In this document: positions 26,776 through 35,744 of the stretch, one piece after another
Numbering within the stretch: the first letter of the stretch is position 1
Layout of the letters: each line of letters begins with the position of its first letter
Source: Acidobacteriota bacterium
Lineage (GTDB): Bacteria > Acidobacteriota > Blastocatellia > Pyrinomonadales > Pyrinomonadaceae
Direction: 5' to 3'
DNA: 64,000 nucleotides
Assembly: GCA_020200155.1 (NCBI GenBank)
Contig: JAIVJG010000160.1
Location: 130-64,129 of the forward strand
Position numbers and translations under genes: made by a program
The notes under the pieces: model-generated
The model's input: the letters and a program-made list of their open reading frames with translations, nothing else
The model's database searches: none
What the model was told of the DNA's origin: nothing

Positions 26776-27387
26776 TCAATCGCCGGCGCTCGCGCGGTGG
26801 TAGCGGCTAATTAGGCGCAGCAACAATGCGACGGCACTGGCGAAAAACATCCACTGGAGAATTCTGAAAAGGCTCTGCCCGGCGATCAACTGTGCGCCGA
26901 CGGCGCGCAGGACGACCGTGCCGCCTGTGCCCGCGTCCGCCGCCGCGTGCCCCACCATCACGGCGACGCTCCCCGCGCCGCGCAACGCGGCCAGCAGGGG
27001 CGCGAGCGCCTCCCTGAAGAGGGTTGCGCCGAGCAGCACAAATGCCAGCGCGCCGAGGCCGAGGCAGATTTTCAGCGCCAGAGCGCGCTCCGACCGGCTA
27101 CGCACGCCGCTCATGTCGGTCTGCGCGCGTGCGCGCACGACACGCGTGAAATCCTTCGGCGGCTCGAATTTCTTTTCAAAGGTCTGATTGAAGGCGGCGT
27201 CGAGGAGGCAGAGTAGTCGTCTCTGTTCGGAGAGAGCGGCGGCGCAGTCGCGGCACTCTTTCAGGTGCGACTCGAAGCCCTTGAAGACAACGCCTTCCAA
27301 CTCGCCGTCGAGATAGGCAGCGGTCAGACTTGTCTGTGCACATCGTTCGTGCTCTTGTGCTGCGGCGCTCTCCATCGTCGCTACCAT
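26776..27387 (-). CDS. Anti-sigma factor (zf-HC2 type) with TM segments
   Basis: YLDGELEGVVFKGFESHLKECRDCAAAL zinc-finger anti-sigma motif. It is located directly downstream of the ECF sigma gene. Confidence 0.75.
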   Translation of the reverse strand: MVATMESAAAQEHERCAQTSLTAAYLDGELEGVVFKGFESHLKECRDCAAALSEQRRLLCLLDAAFNQTFEKKFEPPKDFTRVVRARAQTDMSGVRSRSERALALKICLGLGALAFVLLGATLFREALAPLLAALRGAGSVAVMVGHAAADAGTGGTVVLRAVGAQLIAGQSLFRILQWMFFASAVALLLRLISRYHRASAGD

Positions 27388-27395
27388 TCCTCGTT

Positions 27396-28013
27396 CTACA
27401 TGCTCGTGATGCCGCGCTCGACCAGTTGCGCGCGCATCGCTTCGCGCGCACGGAAGATTCGGTTCTTGACCGTTCCGAGCGGGAGGCCGGTTACTTCCGC
27501 GATCTCGTCGTAGCTCATGTCGTGCGCGTGCCTGAGCACGATCAGTTCCCTGTACGAGGGCGAAAGCTGTTGCACGACCGATTCGATCTCCGAACGCCGC
27601 TCAGCACGCTCGCTCAACTGTTCGGGCGTCGGCGCGCCGCTCGCGAGGGGCTTTTCGTAAGTCCCGCCGTTGCCGTCGTCGGCCTGAAAATCCTCGATAC
27701 GCACGGTGCCCGCGCGCCGCAGGTGGTCAATGGAGGCGTTGTGCGCGATGCGATAAATCCATGTCGAGAATTTGTACTCGGAACTGTAACGAGCGAGCGC
27801 GCCGTAGATTCTGATGAAGACATCCTGCGTCAGGTCGAGCGCCGTGTCGTAGTCGCCGACCATCCGGTAGACGTAGGCGACGATGGGGCGCTGGTAACGA
27901 CGTACCAACTCCTCGAAGCCGTCCTCGCTGCCGGCAATTGCCTGCCGCACGAGTTCGGCGTCGGCTATGCCATTCAAAGCTCTTAAAGAGGTCGCGCCTG
28001 TAATCATGTTCAT
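27396..28013 (-). CDS. ECF-type RNA polymerase sigma-70 factor
   Basis: Region 2 (FEELVRRYQRPIVAYVYRMVGDYDTALDLTQDVFIRIY..FSTWIYRIAHN) and region 4 (MSYDEIAEVTGLPLGTVKNRIFRAR). Confidence 0.9.
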   Translation of the reverse strand: MNMITGATSLRALNGIADAELVRQAIAGSEDGFEELVRRYQRPIVAYVYRMVGDYDTALDLTQDVFIRIYGALARYSSEYKFSTWIYRIAHNASIDHLRRAGTVRIEDFQADDGNGGTYEKPLASGAPTPEQLSERAERRSEIESVVQQLSPSYRELIVLRHAHDMSYDEIAEVTGLPLGTVKNRIFRAREAMRAQLVERGITSM

Positions 28014-28071
28014 GACGCCAAAGTTTTACGCGCGCACGGCGGCGAAAGTTTCAGACGCGAGGGGAGCGCCG

Positions 28072-28704
28072 CTACTGTTCGGCGTTGTCGCCCGTGAGTG
28101 CTCGGTCAATCAATGCGCGCAGCCTGGCCGCGCTGGACGGGCCGTAGCCGACGAGGTGGCCGACGATCTCGCCGTTCCCCTTGATGACGAAAGTTTGCGG
28201 GATGACATTGCGACCGTTCATCAGCGCGACCGCCGTGGCACGGTCAACCCAGCCGATTCTGTAACTGACTTTCGAGTCGCGCACGAATGCCTGCACACGT
28301 TGCGCGTCGGTGGCAGGGTTCTCCGCCGTCAATCCTATGAACTCCACGCCGCGCGGCGCATACTTGTGACTCATCTCTTCCATCTCCGGCGTTTCGCGGC
28401 GGCACGGCCCGCACCAACTCGCCCAGATGTTCAGCACGACAATCTTGCCCTTGTAGTCTGTCAGTCGAAAACTCTCTCGACGCAAGGTCTGTAGCTCCCT
28501 GCTCAACACATTCTCCGGCAGGAAATCCAACTCGGCGCGGGAAGTCGAACGGGCAGGCGCGGGCAGATCGTCTTGCTCGCGAGTAATCGTTGCTGACGAC
28601 GGAGGCGACGGCGGTGGCGCGGGCGGTAGCTTCCGTCCGGACTGTGCGCCCGCGACGTGCGCGAAGATGTTGGCGACAACAAAGAGAAGGAGCAGCTTTC
28701 TCAT
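28072..28704 (-). CDS. TlpA/ResA-like thiol:disulfide oxidoreductase (secreted thioredoxin fold)
   Basis: Signal peptide plus the NIWASWCGPCRRE active-site motif. Confidence 0.85.
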   Translation of the reverse strand: MRKLLLLFVVANIFAHVAGAQSGRKLPPAPPPSPPSSATITREQDDLPAPARSTSRAELDFLPENVLSRELQTLRRESFRLTDYKGKIVVLNIWASWCGPCRRETPEMEEMSHKYAPRGVEFIGLTAENPATDAQRVQAFVRDSKVSYRIGWVDRATAVALMNGRNVIPQTFVIKGNGEIVGHLVGYGPSSAARLRALIDRALTGDNAEQ

Positions 28705-28764
28705 CTTAAATCTTCCTGAAAATTTTCGTGGCGAGGTTCATGAGCCGCGCACGCGACAACGGCG

Positions 28765-29739
28765 TCAAGCCCACGCCAGCGCGGCGAGGCCGGCGGGCGC
28801 GGCTATTTGTTGAAAGTCTATCTCCGCCGAAGGGATCGAGAGGCGGAAGTCCGCTGCGTCGAGGGCGCGCGGCGGAACCGAAAGCGTCTCCTCGACGACC
28901 GAGCGCGCCTGCTCGTATTCAAGGCCGCTGCCCGCGACGAGCAGACGCTCGATCACTTCGGTCGGCACGCGCTCCGCCGTCTCGACATCTTCGCCGGGCG
29001 GCGCGTTGCGGTCTCGGTAGAAGAGTAGGAAGCGGTACAGCTCGTCGGCGCGATCCTCCACGTCGCAGTTGACGCTACGCAGGAGAAGCGGCTGCCCGCC
29101 TCTCAACACGACGGCGGTGAAGCCTTCGCCGTGAGTGCTGACGAGCAGCGAGTCCGACGCCCCGCGCGCAGCCGCGTCGTTCATCAACCACCAGGCCTCG
29201 CCCATGTGGCGCGGCAGAATCAGCCCCGTGTGCCAGCCTAATTCCTCGAAGACCGTCTCGTACTCCGCCAGCACAGGGAGCCGCACGGCGGTCACGAGGT
29301 AGCGCGTACGCCCCTGCGAGTCGGCGCGCAGGCGCTCGCGCGAGACGCGCAACTCGTCGAGCGGGGCGGCCATCGCGCGCTCCATTTTCCAGCGCAGCAT
29401 CTCTTCCGTTTCGGCGCGCGTGCCGGGCGCGCTCTCAAGCGTCAGAATCGCTGTGCGCGTCGCTGCTTCCGGCAGTGCCACAGACCAGCGCCGCTGTTTC
29501 AACATCCCGACACTCGCCACGAGTTCCGCCAGTACGTTAGCCAACTCGCCCGTGTTCGTGATGTTGCTCTCGTCGAAGTTGGGACGCACTAAGCCTTCGG
29601 CGAGCGGGACGTAGCCGGCGCGTTTGATGGCGAACACGTCGCCGCGCCGCTCCAGAGAGACGACGCCCGCGCCCTCGCCCGCCAGCCCGACGGCAGCCGA
29701 AGGCAGGCGCGGCGCGATCATTGCTTTGAATGGGTTCAT
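28765..29739 (-). CDS. PilM/GspL-like actin-fold assembly protein of the secretion/pilus cluster
   Basis: ATG 29739 (MNPFKAMIAPRLP...). Its size and its position at the end of the gspF-E-D-G-G cluster fit. The similarity call is by pattern only. Confidence 0.55.
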   Translation of the reverse strand: MNPFKAMIAPRLPSAAVGLAGEGAGVVSLERRGDVFAIKRAGYVPLAEGLVRPNFDESNITNTGELANVLAELVASVGMLKQRRWSVALPEAATRTAILTLESAPGTRAETEEMLRWKMERAMAAPLDELRVSRERLRADSQGRTRYLVTAVRLPVLAEYETVFEELGWHTGLILPRHMGEAWWLMNDAAARGASDSLLVSTHGEGFTAVVLRGGQPLLLRSVNCDVEDRADELYRFLLFYRDRNAPPGEDVETAERVPTEVIERLLVAGSGLEYEQARSVVEETLSVPPRALDAADFRLSIPSAEIDFQQIAAPAGLAALAWA

Positions 29740-29767
29740 AAGAGAATTTTTGATTGGCGATTTTTGC

Positions 29768-30216
29768 TCACCAATCGCTGTAGCGCGTGCCGTCGGCAGC
29801 CGTGTCGCCGGAGGAACTGTGTACGTTCCCGACGCCGGAACCGTGGCCGGAAGGATCATCTCTAGGTTCGGTCGCCCAGTCGCCGGCCCCTGTCATCGGG
29901 TCAATGGGAAGCTCCTGTATGTATCCGGCCTGCACGAGCGCTTCGAGCGATTCCGGCTGCTTGCCCTTGTCGGCTGCGTACTGGTCAATCATCCTTCGCA
30001 TGTCGTGCAGGTCGGCCCTCAGTGTGGCCTCCTTGGCGGCCTGCACGGTCTGGCTGTAGTGAGCCATGGCAATCATCGCGAGGACGATGATGACCGAAAT
30101 GACGATCATCAGTTCGAGCAGAGTGAAGCCGGACGGTCGGCGGCGAGGAAAGGGTAAAGGGTAAAGGATGAAGGATGAAGGAGCAGTAAGCTCGCGGCCT
30201 CCCTTTCCACCTTCCA
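29768..30216 (-). CDS. GspG-like pseudopilin/pilin with prepilin-type N-terminal motif
   Basis: G|FTLLELMIVISVIIVLAMIA class-III signal. The only plausible start is GTG 30216, giving a 33-aa leader. The C-terminus is ...GTRYSDW. Confidence 0.7.
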
Positions 30217-30232
30217 CCTTCCCCCTGACCCT
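30144..30232. repeat. Heptamer-word purine/pyrimidine mirror element (copy d, degenerate)
   Basis: GAAAGGG TAAAGGG TAAAGGA TGAAGGA TGAAGGA G ... CTCCCTTTCC ACCTTCC ACCTTCC CCCTGACCCTC. Complementarity is only partial. It overlaps the leader-coding part of the pseudopilin gene. Confidence 0.5.
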
Positions 30233-30242
30233 CAATTCTTCT

Positions 30243-30971
30243 TTACCACTCACTGTATTTCTCTCCGTTGAGCGCAGTCCCTTCGGCCTTCGAGCGCACG
30301 TCGAACACGTTGACGGGATTCGAGGAGCAGCCGTCGTCGGGCGGGTCGTAGCTCGAACGCAGACACCAATCCTTCTCGCCCGTGATCGGGTCAACGGGAA
30401 TTTCGCGCAGGTAGATTTTCTTTTTGGTCGAGAGGAGTGGATTGTCGGTAGCGTTGCCCTTGGTGCCTCCCGCTAAAGCGCCCGCCACGGTGGAGCGCGG
30501 AATGACGCTGACGCCGCTCACGAGCGTCTCCAGATCGGGCGGGAAGTTGTCAGGGTTATCCACGCCGAAGATTTTGCAGTCGCTGATGACGACCTTGCTG
30601 CGCGGGTCTATGTAAGCTGTCGGAGGGGGGCCGCCCCCGGTGGTGGGAGCAACCGCGCAGGTCATGCCGATGGTATCGCGCTTGAACTCCTTGACGGCCT
30701 CGCGCATCTCCCGCAGCGCCTCGCGCAGTTGCTGCTCCTTCTGCCGCTGCACGGAATTCCTGACCAGTGGAATCACGCCGAGCGTCAGAATCGTCAGCAC
30801 CGTGATGACGATGACGAGTTCGATGATCGTCATGCCGCCTGTGGACGAGCGAAAGTGGGAGCGATTGAAAGGCGCGGGGTTGAAGGAACGGCTTGCCGCG
30901 ATCCCTTGTCCCGTTCTCCTTCTGGCCTCTCCCTTCATTTTCATCTGTCTGGCCTGCCGGTTACTCATCAA
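30243..30971 (-). CDS. GspG-like pseudopilin/pilin, long form
   Basis: The G|MTIIELVIVITVLTILTLG prepilin motif is preceded by a 37-46-aa leader. The C-terminus is ...NGEKYSEW and parallels the downstream paralog. Confidence 0.75.
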   Translation of the reverse strand: MMSNRQARQMKMKGEARRRTGQGIAASRSFNPAPFNRSHFRSSTGGMTIIELVIVITVLTILTLGVIPLVRNSVQRQKEQQLREALREMREAVKEFKRDTIGMTCAVAPTTGGGPPPTAYIDPRSKVVISDCKIFGVDNPDNFPPDLETLVSGVSVIPRSTVAGALAGGTKGNATDNPLLSTKKKIYLREIPVDPITGEKDWCLRSSYDPPDDGCSSNPVNVFDVRSKAEGTALNGEKYSEW

Positions 30972-30975
30972 AACC

Positions 30976-33600
30976 TTACTGCGTGACCTTGAGCCTGCTC
31001 TCCGTGACTTTCGCGCGAACGATGCGACCGTCGGTGGCGATGAAGTGTACCTTGTCGGCGTCGAAGCTCAACACGCTGTCGCCAGCCGCCAGACCCTCGA
31101 TCTCGATGACGAGCAGCAGTCCCTCGCCCGTCAGCGGCTGCGCGCCTGCGGCGGGCGAGACGGAGACGAGCAGGATACCCTTCGGGTCAACGGACTGCGT
31201 GATGACGGGCGCGCCCGTCTTGTCGCCGTTCAGAGTCCCCGCAGAGACGGAGCGCACGGCGGCGATGCGCGGGTCGAAGCGGAGCGTCGCGGTCGCGAGG
31301 CCGAGCGGCGCGTCCGTTTTGAGCAGCATCAACACGCGCCGCTTCTCGCCGACCTTCAACTCCTGCTGTTCCGGCACGAGCAGCAACTCGGCGCGACTCT
31401 CAGCAGCCGCCGGCGGCGCGGATGACGCGCTCGCTGATACAGGCGACGCGCTCGCCGTAGGCGCGGGCTGAATGTTCGCCGGCGTGGGCGTTGCCGTGTT
31501 CTTTTCAGGCGTCGCCGCCGCGCCGTTCACGACGGCGCTCTTGAGGCTGGCGTTGACGGCTGGCGGCGCGGCGTTTGTCGTCTCCGTCGTGCCCGTTGCC
31601 GTTGTGCTCGCGGAGAAAGTTTTCGGCGCGGGCACGTAAGAAATCTCCTCGGAGGGCTGCGGCGGCGCGGGCAGTTGCACGCTCTGCGTTGTCGGGAGCT
31701 TGCGCGCGTCGGCCAGTTGGTCTTCGCGGTCGGCCTGCCTGAGCATCGCTTCGAGCGACTCCGAAGACGGCGTCTGGAGCGAGCCGCTCGGCGTGATCTG
31801 TTCATCCTGTGGGGTAATCTGCGGGGCGCGCAGTACGCGCGGCGTCATCGTGATGACCACATCGTTGGCCGAGTTGTTACGACGCGGCGTGGTGAAAAAC
31901 CGACCGAGGATAGGGATGAGGCCGACGAGCGGCAGGCCTGCGCGGCCCTGGCTCTGGCGATCCTGCGCGATGCTGGCGATCATCATCGTCTTGCCGTTCG
32001 GGATGCGCGCCACGCCCGTGATGCGCCGCTGCGTGAAGGTCGGCGTCAACTGCGAGGCCGCGCCTGAGCCGGTCGTGCTCGTGTCCTTCGTCTCGATGAC
32101 CATCTTGACCTGCACGTCCTGATTCGGATAAACCTTTGGCGTGAAGTCGAGCGAGAGGCCGGTGTCCTCATACTGGATGACGGGGAAGCCGTTGCCGAAG
32201 ACGCCGGTCGTGCCCGTCGAGCCACCGCCGCCGGCGGTTGGCTGTGCGCTCAGGCCGCTGAAGACGCTGGCTGTCTGGACAGGCACTTTCGCGCCGATGC
32301 GCGTCTCGGATTTTTCGTCGTCGAAGGCGTGCACCTGCGTCGAGAAGACGAGACGCGTGTTGTCCTTGCTCTGAAGCGCGGAAATCGTCGAGGCCGGGAG
32401 AATGAGCGAGCCGGCGAGCACGGAAGGCACCGCCGCCGCAGCAGCACCCGAACCCTGCAAGAGTCGCAGGCCGCCGAATCTCGCCGTCCCGATGCCGCCC
32501 AGATTGCCGAGCGTGTCGGCGGTTCCGAGCTGGTTGCCGATCTGCAACAAGTCCTGCCGCGACACTTCGTAGATGGAAACCTCCATCACAACCTCTGCGC
32601 GATCCTTATCCACACTTTGCAGAAGTTCCGCGATGATGCGGATGTTCTCCGGCGTGTCGCGCACGGTGATGCTGTTGGTCGCATCATTGGTGGCGACCTG
32701 CGGCTGCCGCCCCGCGTTCGCCGGAAGCGACGACTGGATCAACGTCCGCGCGTCGTTCGGTTTGATGTTCATGAGGTAGAAGGTGCGCAGCACGAGTTGC
32801 TGATACTGCGGGCGCTTCGACTGGTCTGCGACCAGGATTGTGCGACGGTCGAGCTTCTGGAAGAAGAGGCCGTAGGACGTAAAAATGTAGTCCAGAGCAC
32901 GCGCCGCCGTGATGTCTTTCCAGTTGATGTTGATCGTTCGCTTCTGCTGAGAAAAGTTCTGGTCGAAGACGACGTTGAGACTTAATTCCTCTGCGAGCTT
33001 GCGGATGAAGGGTTCGAGTTCGCCGTTGTAGTTGATGGTGCGGAGTTGCTCTGTGCGCGCCGGCGGCAACGTGTCGAGCGGCTGTGCGACGCCGCGCGTT
33101 GCGACCGAAGCACCGCTCGCCGCGCTCCCCGTCGCGCCGCGATTAAATGAAGTCGGCGACACGTCGAGTCCGCCTTCCTTGGCGTTGGGCGGCACGCCCT
33201 CCTTCTCGCGTTGCAGGCGAAGCATGCGCTGCATCTCGTCGGCGGCGAGTTCGTTGACGGGGTCGAGGCCGTATGCCTGCCGGAAGGCATTGTACGCGCC
33301 GGTGTAGTCGCCCTGATCGGCGAGAGCGCGTCCCTTCTGCATGTAAATCTGCGAGGCGTTAAAGATGGCCCGGCGATAGTGAAGCTGGTATTCCGTGTCC
33401 GACGGACTGGCGGCGACGGCCAGCGCCAATTCCTGCGCGGCCTTCTCCCACTGCTGCGCCTTCTCGTACTCGACGCCGCGCCGGTAATTCTTCTCGCCCT
33501 TCTTGGCGAGCGCCGTCAGTGGAGACGCCAGAAACAGCGCGACCATGAGCAACGCGACGAAAGCGCGTCCACGAGCAAAAGAGTTCATCACAATCCTCAT
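30976..33600 (-). CDS. Secretin (GspD/PilQ family) with N-terminal TPR region and C-terminal cohesin-like domain
   Basis: 874 aa: signal peptide, TPR-like helices, secretin N-domains (VLRTFYLMNIKPNDARTLIQ..ITVRDTPENIRIIAELLQSVD), a secretin core (..VPVQTASVF..GVARIPNGKTMMIASI..LPLVGLIPILGRFF), a P/A/T linker and then an about 140-aa beta-rich module. Confidence 0.85.
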   Translation of the reverse strand: MRIVMNSFARGRAFVALLMVALFLASPLTALAKKGEKNYRRGVEYEKAQQWEKAAQELALAVAASPSDTEYQLHYRRAIFNASQIYMQKGRALADQGDYTGAYNAFRQAYGLDPVNELAADEMQRMLRLQREKEGVPPNAKEGGLDVSPTSFNRGATGSAASGASVATRGVAQPLDTLPPARTEQLRTINYNGELEPFIRKLAEELSLNVVFDQNFSQQKRTININWKDITAARALDYIFTSYGLFFQKLDRRTILVADQSKRPQYQQLVLRTFYLMNIKPNDARTLIQSSLPANAGRQPQVATNDATNSITVRDTPENIRIIAELLQSVDKDRAEVVMEVSIYEVSRQDLLQIGNQLGTADTLGNLGGIGTARFGGLRLLQGSGAAAAAVPSVLAGSLILPASTISALQSKDNTRLVFSTQVHAFDDEKSETRIGAKVPVQTASVFSGLSAQPTAGGGGSTGTTGVFGNGFPVIQYEDTGLSLDFTPKVYPNQDVQVKMVIETKDTSTTGSGAASQLTPTFTQRRITGVARIPNGKTMMIASIAQDRQSQGRAGLPLVGLIPILGRFFTTPRRNNSANDVVITMTPRVLRAPQITPQDEQITPSGSLQTPSSESLEAMLRQADREDQLADARKLPTTQSVQLPAPPQPSEEISYVPAPKTFSASTTATGTTETTNAAPPAVNASLKSAVVNGAAATPEKNTATPTPANIQPAPTASASPVSASASSAPPAAAESRAELLLVPEQQELKVGEKRRVLMLLKTDAPLGLATATLRFDPRIAAVRSVSAGTLNGDKTGAPVITQSVDPKGILLVSVSPAAGAQPLTGEGLLLVIEIEGLAAGDSVLSFDADKVHFIATDGRIVRAKVTESRLKVTQ

Positions 33601-33868
33601 TATTTATATCGTCCGTCCGGCGTCCCGCTCACGGCACTGGCCGGGGCGAGACGCTGAAATTCTCCGCACACGATTCTGACGCCGGGGAGTTAGGAGAGAA
33701 GCCAGAATACAACCGCCTGACACTTGAAGTTGAAGACGCCGACCTTCGGCACACATCCCGCTTCCGGCTGCGGGGCAGAGCGCGCCCCTCGCCTAAAGCT
33801 CTTCGGCCTCGATCAGCTTACACGTCGGGGCACTAATAATAGTTCCTGAAACACAGGCGACACAAGCC

Positions 33869-33975
33869 GGGAAACAGAAGGCTCAGGCCAGCAGGCAGAA
33901 GGCGGAAAACAGAAGTCAGCGAAAGAGTCTGGTCGCTCCGGGGCTTACGGCTTACTGCTTTCTGCTTTCCCCGCC
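33869..33975. repeat. Heptamer-built palindromic element (copy i)
   Basis: Seven consecutive words CAGAAGG CTCAGGC CAGCAGG CAGAAGG CGGAAAA CAGAAGT CAGCGAA face CTTACGG CTTACTG CTTTCTG CTTTCCC CGCC. The 3' arm supplies the last codons and the stop of the gspE-like gene. Confidence 0.6.
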
Positions 33976-35699
33976 CCGTCGCCGTTGAGTTTGACCTCTT
34001 CGACGAAGGTGACGCGGTTGATCTCGTGCAGCGTCGAGACGCCTGCGAAAATTTTCTGGAGCGCCGACTCGCGCAAACTGCGTAAGCCTTCGGACTCCGC
34101 CGCGCGGCGCACTTCCGAGCCGGGCCGTCGCTCGATAATCATCTCGCGGATGTTGTCCGAGAGGTTGAGCAGTTCGTGAATCGCCGTGCGCCCGCGATAG
34201 CCCGTGTGGTTGCAGGCGTCGCAGCCGACGCTCATGTAGAAGGTGCGGTGCTGATGCTCCGACGGTCTCAGGCCCGACTCCATCAACTCCTCATCCGTCG
34301 GATGGTACGTGCGCTTGCAGACGTTGCAGAGCATGCGGACGAGCCGCTGCGCCAGCACGCAGTTCAAGCTTGAGACGAAGTTGTAAGGCTCCACGCCCAT
34401 GTTCAGGAAACGCCCGATAACGTCAATCACGTTGTTGGCGTGGACGGTCGTGAAGACGAGGTGGCCGGTCAGGGCCGACTGGATGGCGATCTGCGCCGTT
34501 TCATTGTCGCGGATTTCGCCGACCATGATCTTGTCCGGGTCGTGGCGCAGTATGGAGCGCAGGCCGCGCGCGAACGTCAGACCCTTCTTCTCGTTGACCG
34601 GAATCTGCGTGATGCCGTGCAACTGGTACTCGACCGGGTCTTCAATCGTGATGATCTTGTCTTCTTCGTTGCGAATCTCGTTGAGCGCGGCGTACAGAGT
34701 AGTCGTCTTGCCGGAGCCGGTCGGGCCTGTGACGAGCACCATGCCGTAAGGCTCGGCGATGTAGCGCCTGAAGTTCTTCAGGTCGTCGGCGTCGAAGCCG
34801 ACCACGTCGAGCTTGAGGTCGCGGAACTCGTCGTTGATTTGCTCCTTGTCGAGAATACGGATGACGGCGTCTTCGCCGTGCACGGTCGGCATGATCGAGA
34901 CGCGGAAGTCAACGGTGCGGCCCTTGTAGCGGACGCGAAAGCGCCCGTCCTGCGGCACGCGGCGCTCGGCGATGTCGAGTTCCGACATCACCTTGATGCG
35001 AGAGATGAGCGTCTGGTGATAGCTCAGGTCAATCGGATCAACCTTGGCGTAGAGCGCGCCGTCAATGCGGTACTTAACTTGTACCTCCGTGTCGCGCGTC
35101 TCGATGTGGATGTCGGAGGCGCGCGACTCCATCGCCTGATAGACGATGGTGTCCACGAGCTTGATGATCGGCGACATCTCGGAGTCGGTCGCCAGCCGGT
35201 CGAGGTCCAAGACCTCCTCGCCGTGTTCCGTCTCCTTGACGAGCGAGATGCGGAAGCCGGAAGTCGCTTCTTGGAGGACGCGCTGTGTTGCGTCGCCCTT
35301 GCGCAGCACCACGTCAATCGCGCCGGCAGTCGCTACGTGCGGGATGATGCGCGCGTGAAGGGCCGAGGCGATCTCGTCGAGGCGTTCGAGGTCGGTCGGG
35401 TCGGCCATCGCGATGTGCAGCCGACGCCCTTCGCGGCGGAGCGGGACGAACAGGTGGCGCACCATCAGGTCAACCGGAACCTCGCCGAGCAGAGCGAAAT
35501 CAATCGGGGATTCGCCGACCGGCGGGAGCAGGTCAACGTAAGGCAGGCGGTAGCGACGCGCGAGTTCCATCGCCGCGCGCACTTCGGGCGGCGTGTGGCC
35601 CTCGCCGTTCGCGCCGGGGGACGGACTTGAGCCGCGCGCCGCTGCGTCGTCGCCGGACGGCGCGGCCTCTGTCTTGATTTCTTCGGTTATCTGGCTCAT
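33945..35699 (-). CDS. GspE/PilB-family secretion ATPase
   Basis: 584 aa with a T2SSE_N-like N-domain, Walker A GPTGSGKTTT, Asp/His boxes, and a tetracysteine CNVC...CDAC motif. Confidence 0.92.
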   Translation of the reverse strand: MSQITEEIKTEAAPSGDDAAARGSSPSPGANGEGHTPPEVRAAMELARRYRLPYVDLLPPVGESPIDFALLGEVPVDLMVRHLFVPLRREGRRLHIAMADPTDLERLDEIASALHARIIPHVATAGAIDVVLRKGDATQRVLQEATSGFRISLVKETEHGEEVLDLDRLATDSEMSPIIKLVDTIVYQAMESRASDIHIETRDTEVQVKYRIDGALYAKVDPIDLSYHQTLISRIKVMSELDIAERRVPQDGRFRVRYKGRTVDFRVSIMPTVHGEDAVIRILDKEQINDEFRDLKLDVVGFDADDLKNFRRYIAEPYGMVLVTGPTGSGKTTTLYAALNEIRNEEDKIITIEDPVEYQLHGITQIPVNEKKGLTFARGLRSILRHDPDKIMVGEIRDNETAQIAIQSALTGHLVFTTVHANNVIDVIGRFLNMGVEPYNFVSSLNCVLAQRLVRMLCNVCKRTYHPTDEELMESGLRPSEHQHRTFYMSVGCDACNHTGYRGRTAIHELLNLSDNIREMIIERRPGSEVRRAAESEGLRSLRESALQKIFAGVSTLHEINRVTFVEEVKLNGDGAGKAESSKP

Positions 35700-35744
35700 G
35701 AAAGTCTTCAGATGCGAACTGCTTGAAGGGGGATGGCTCTGGCG

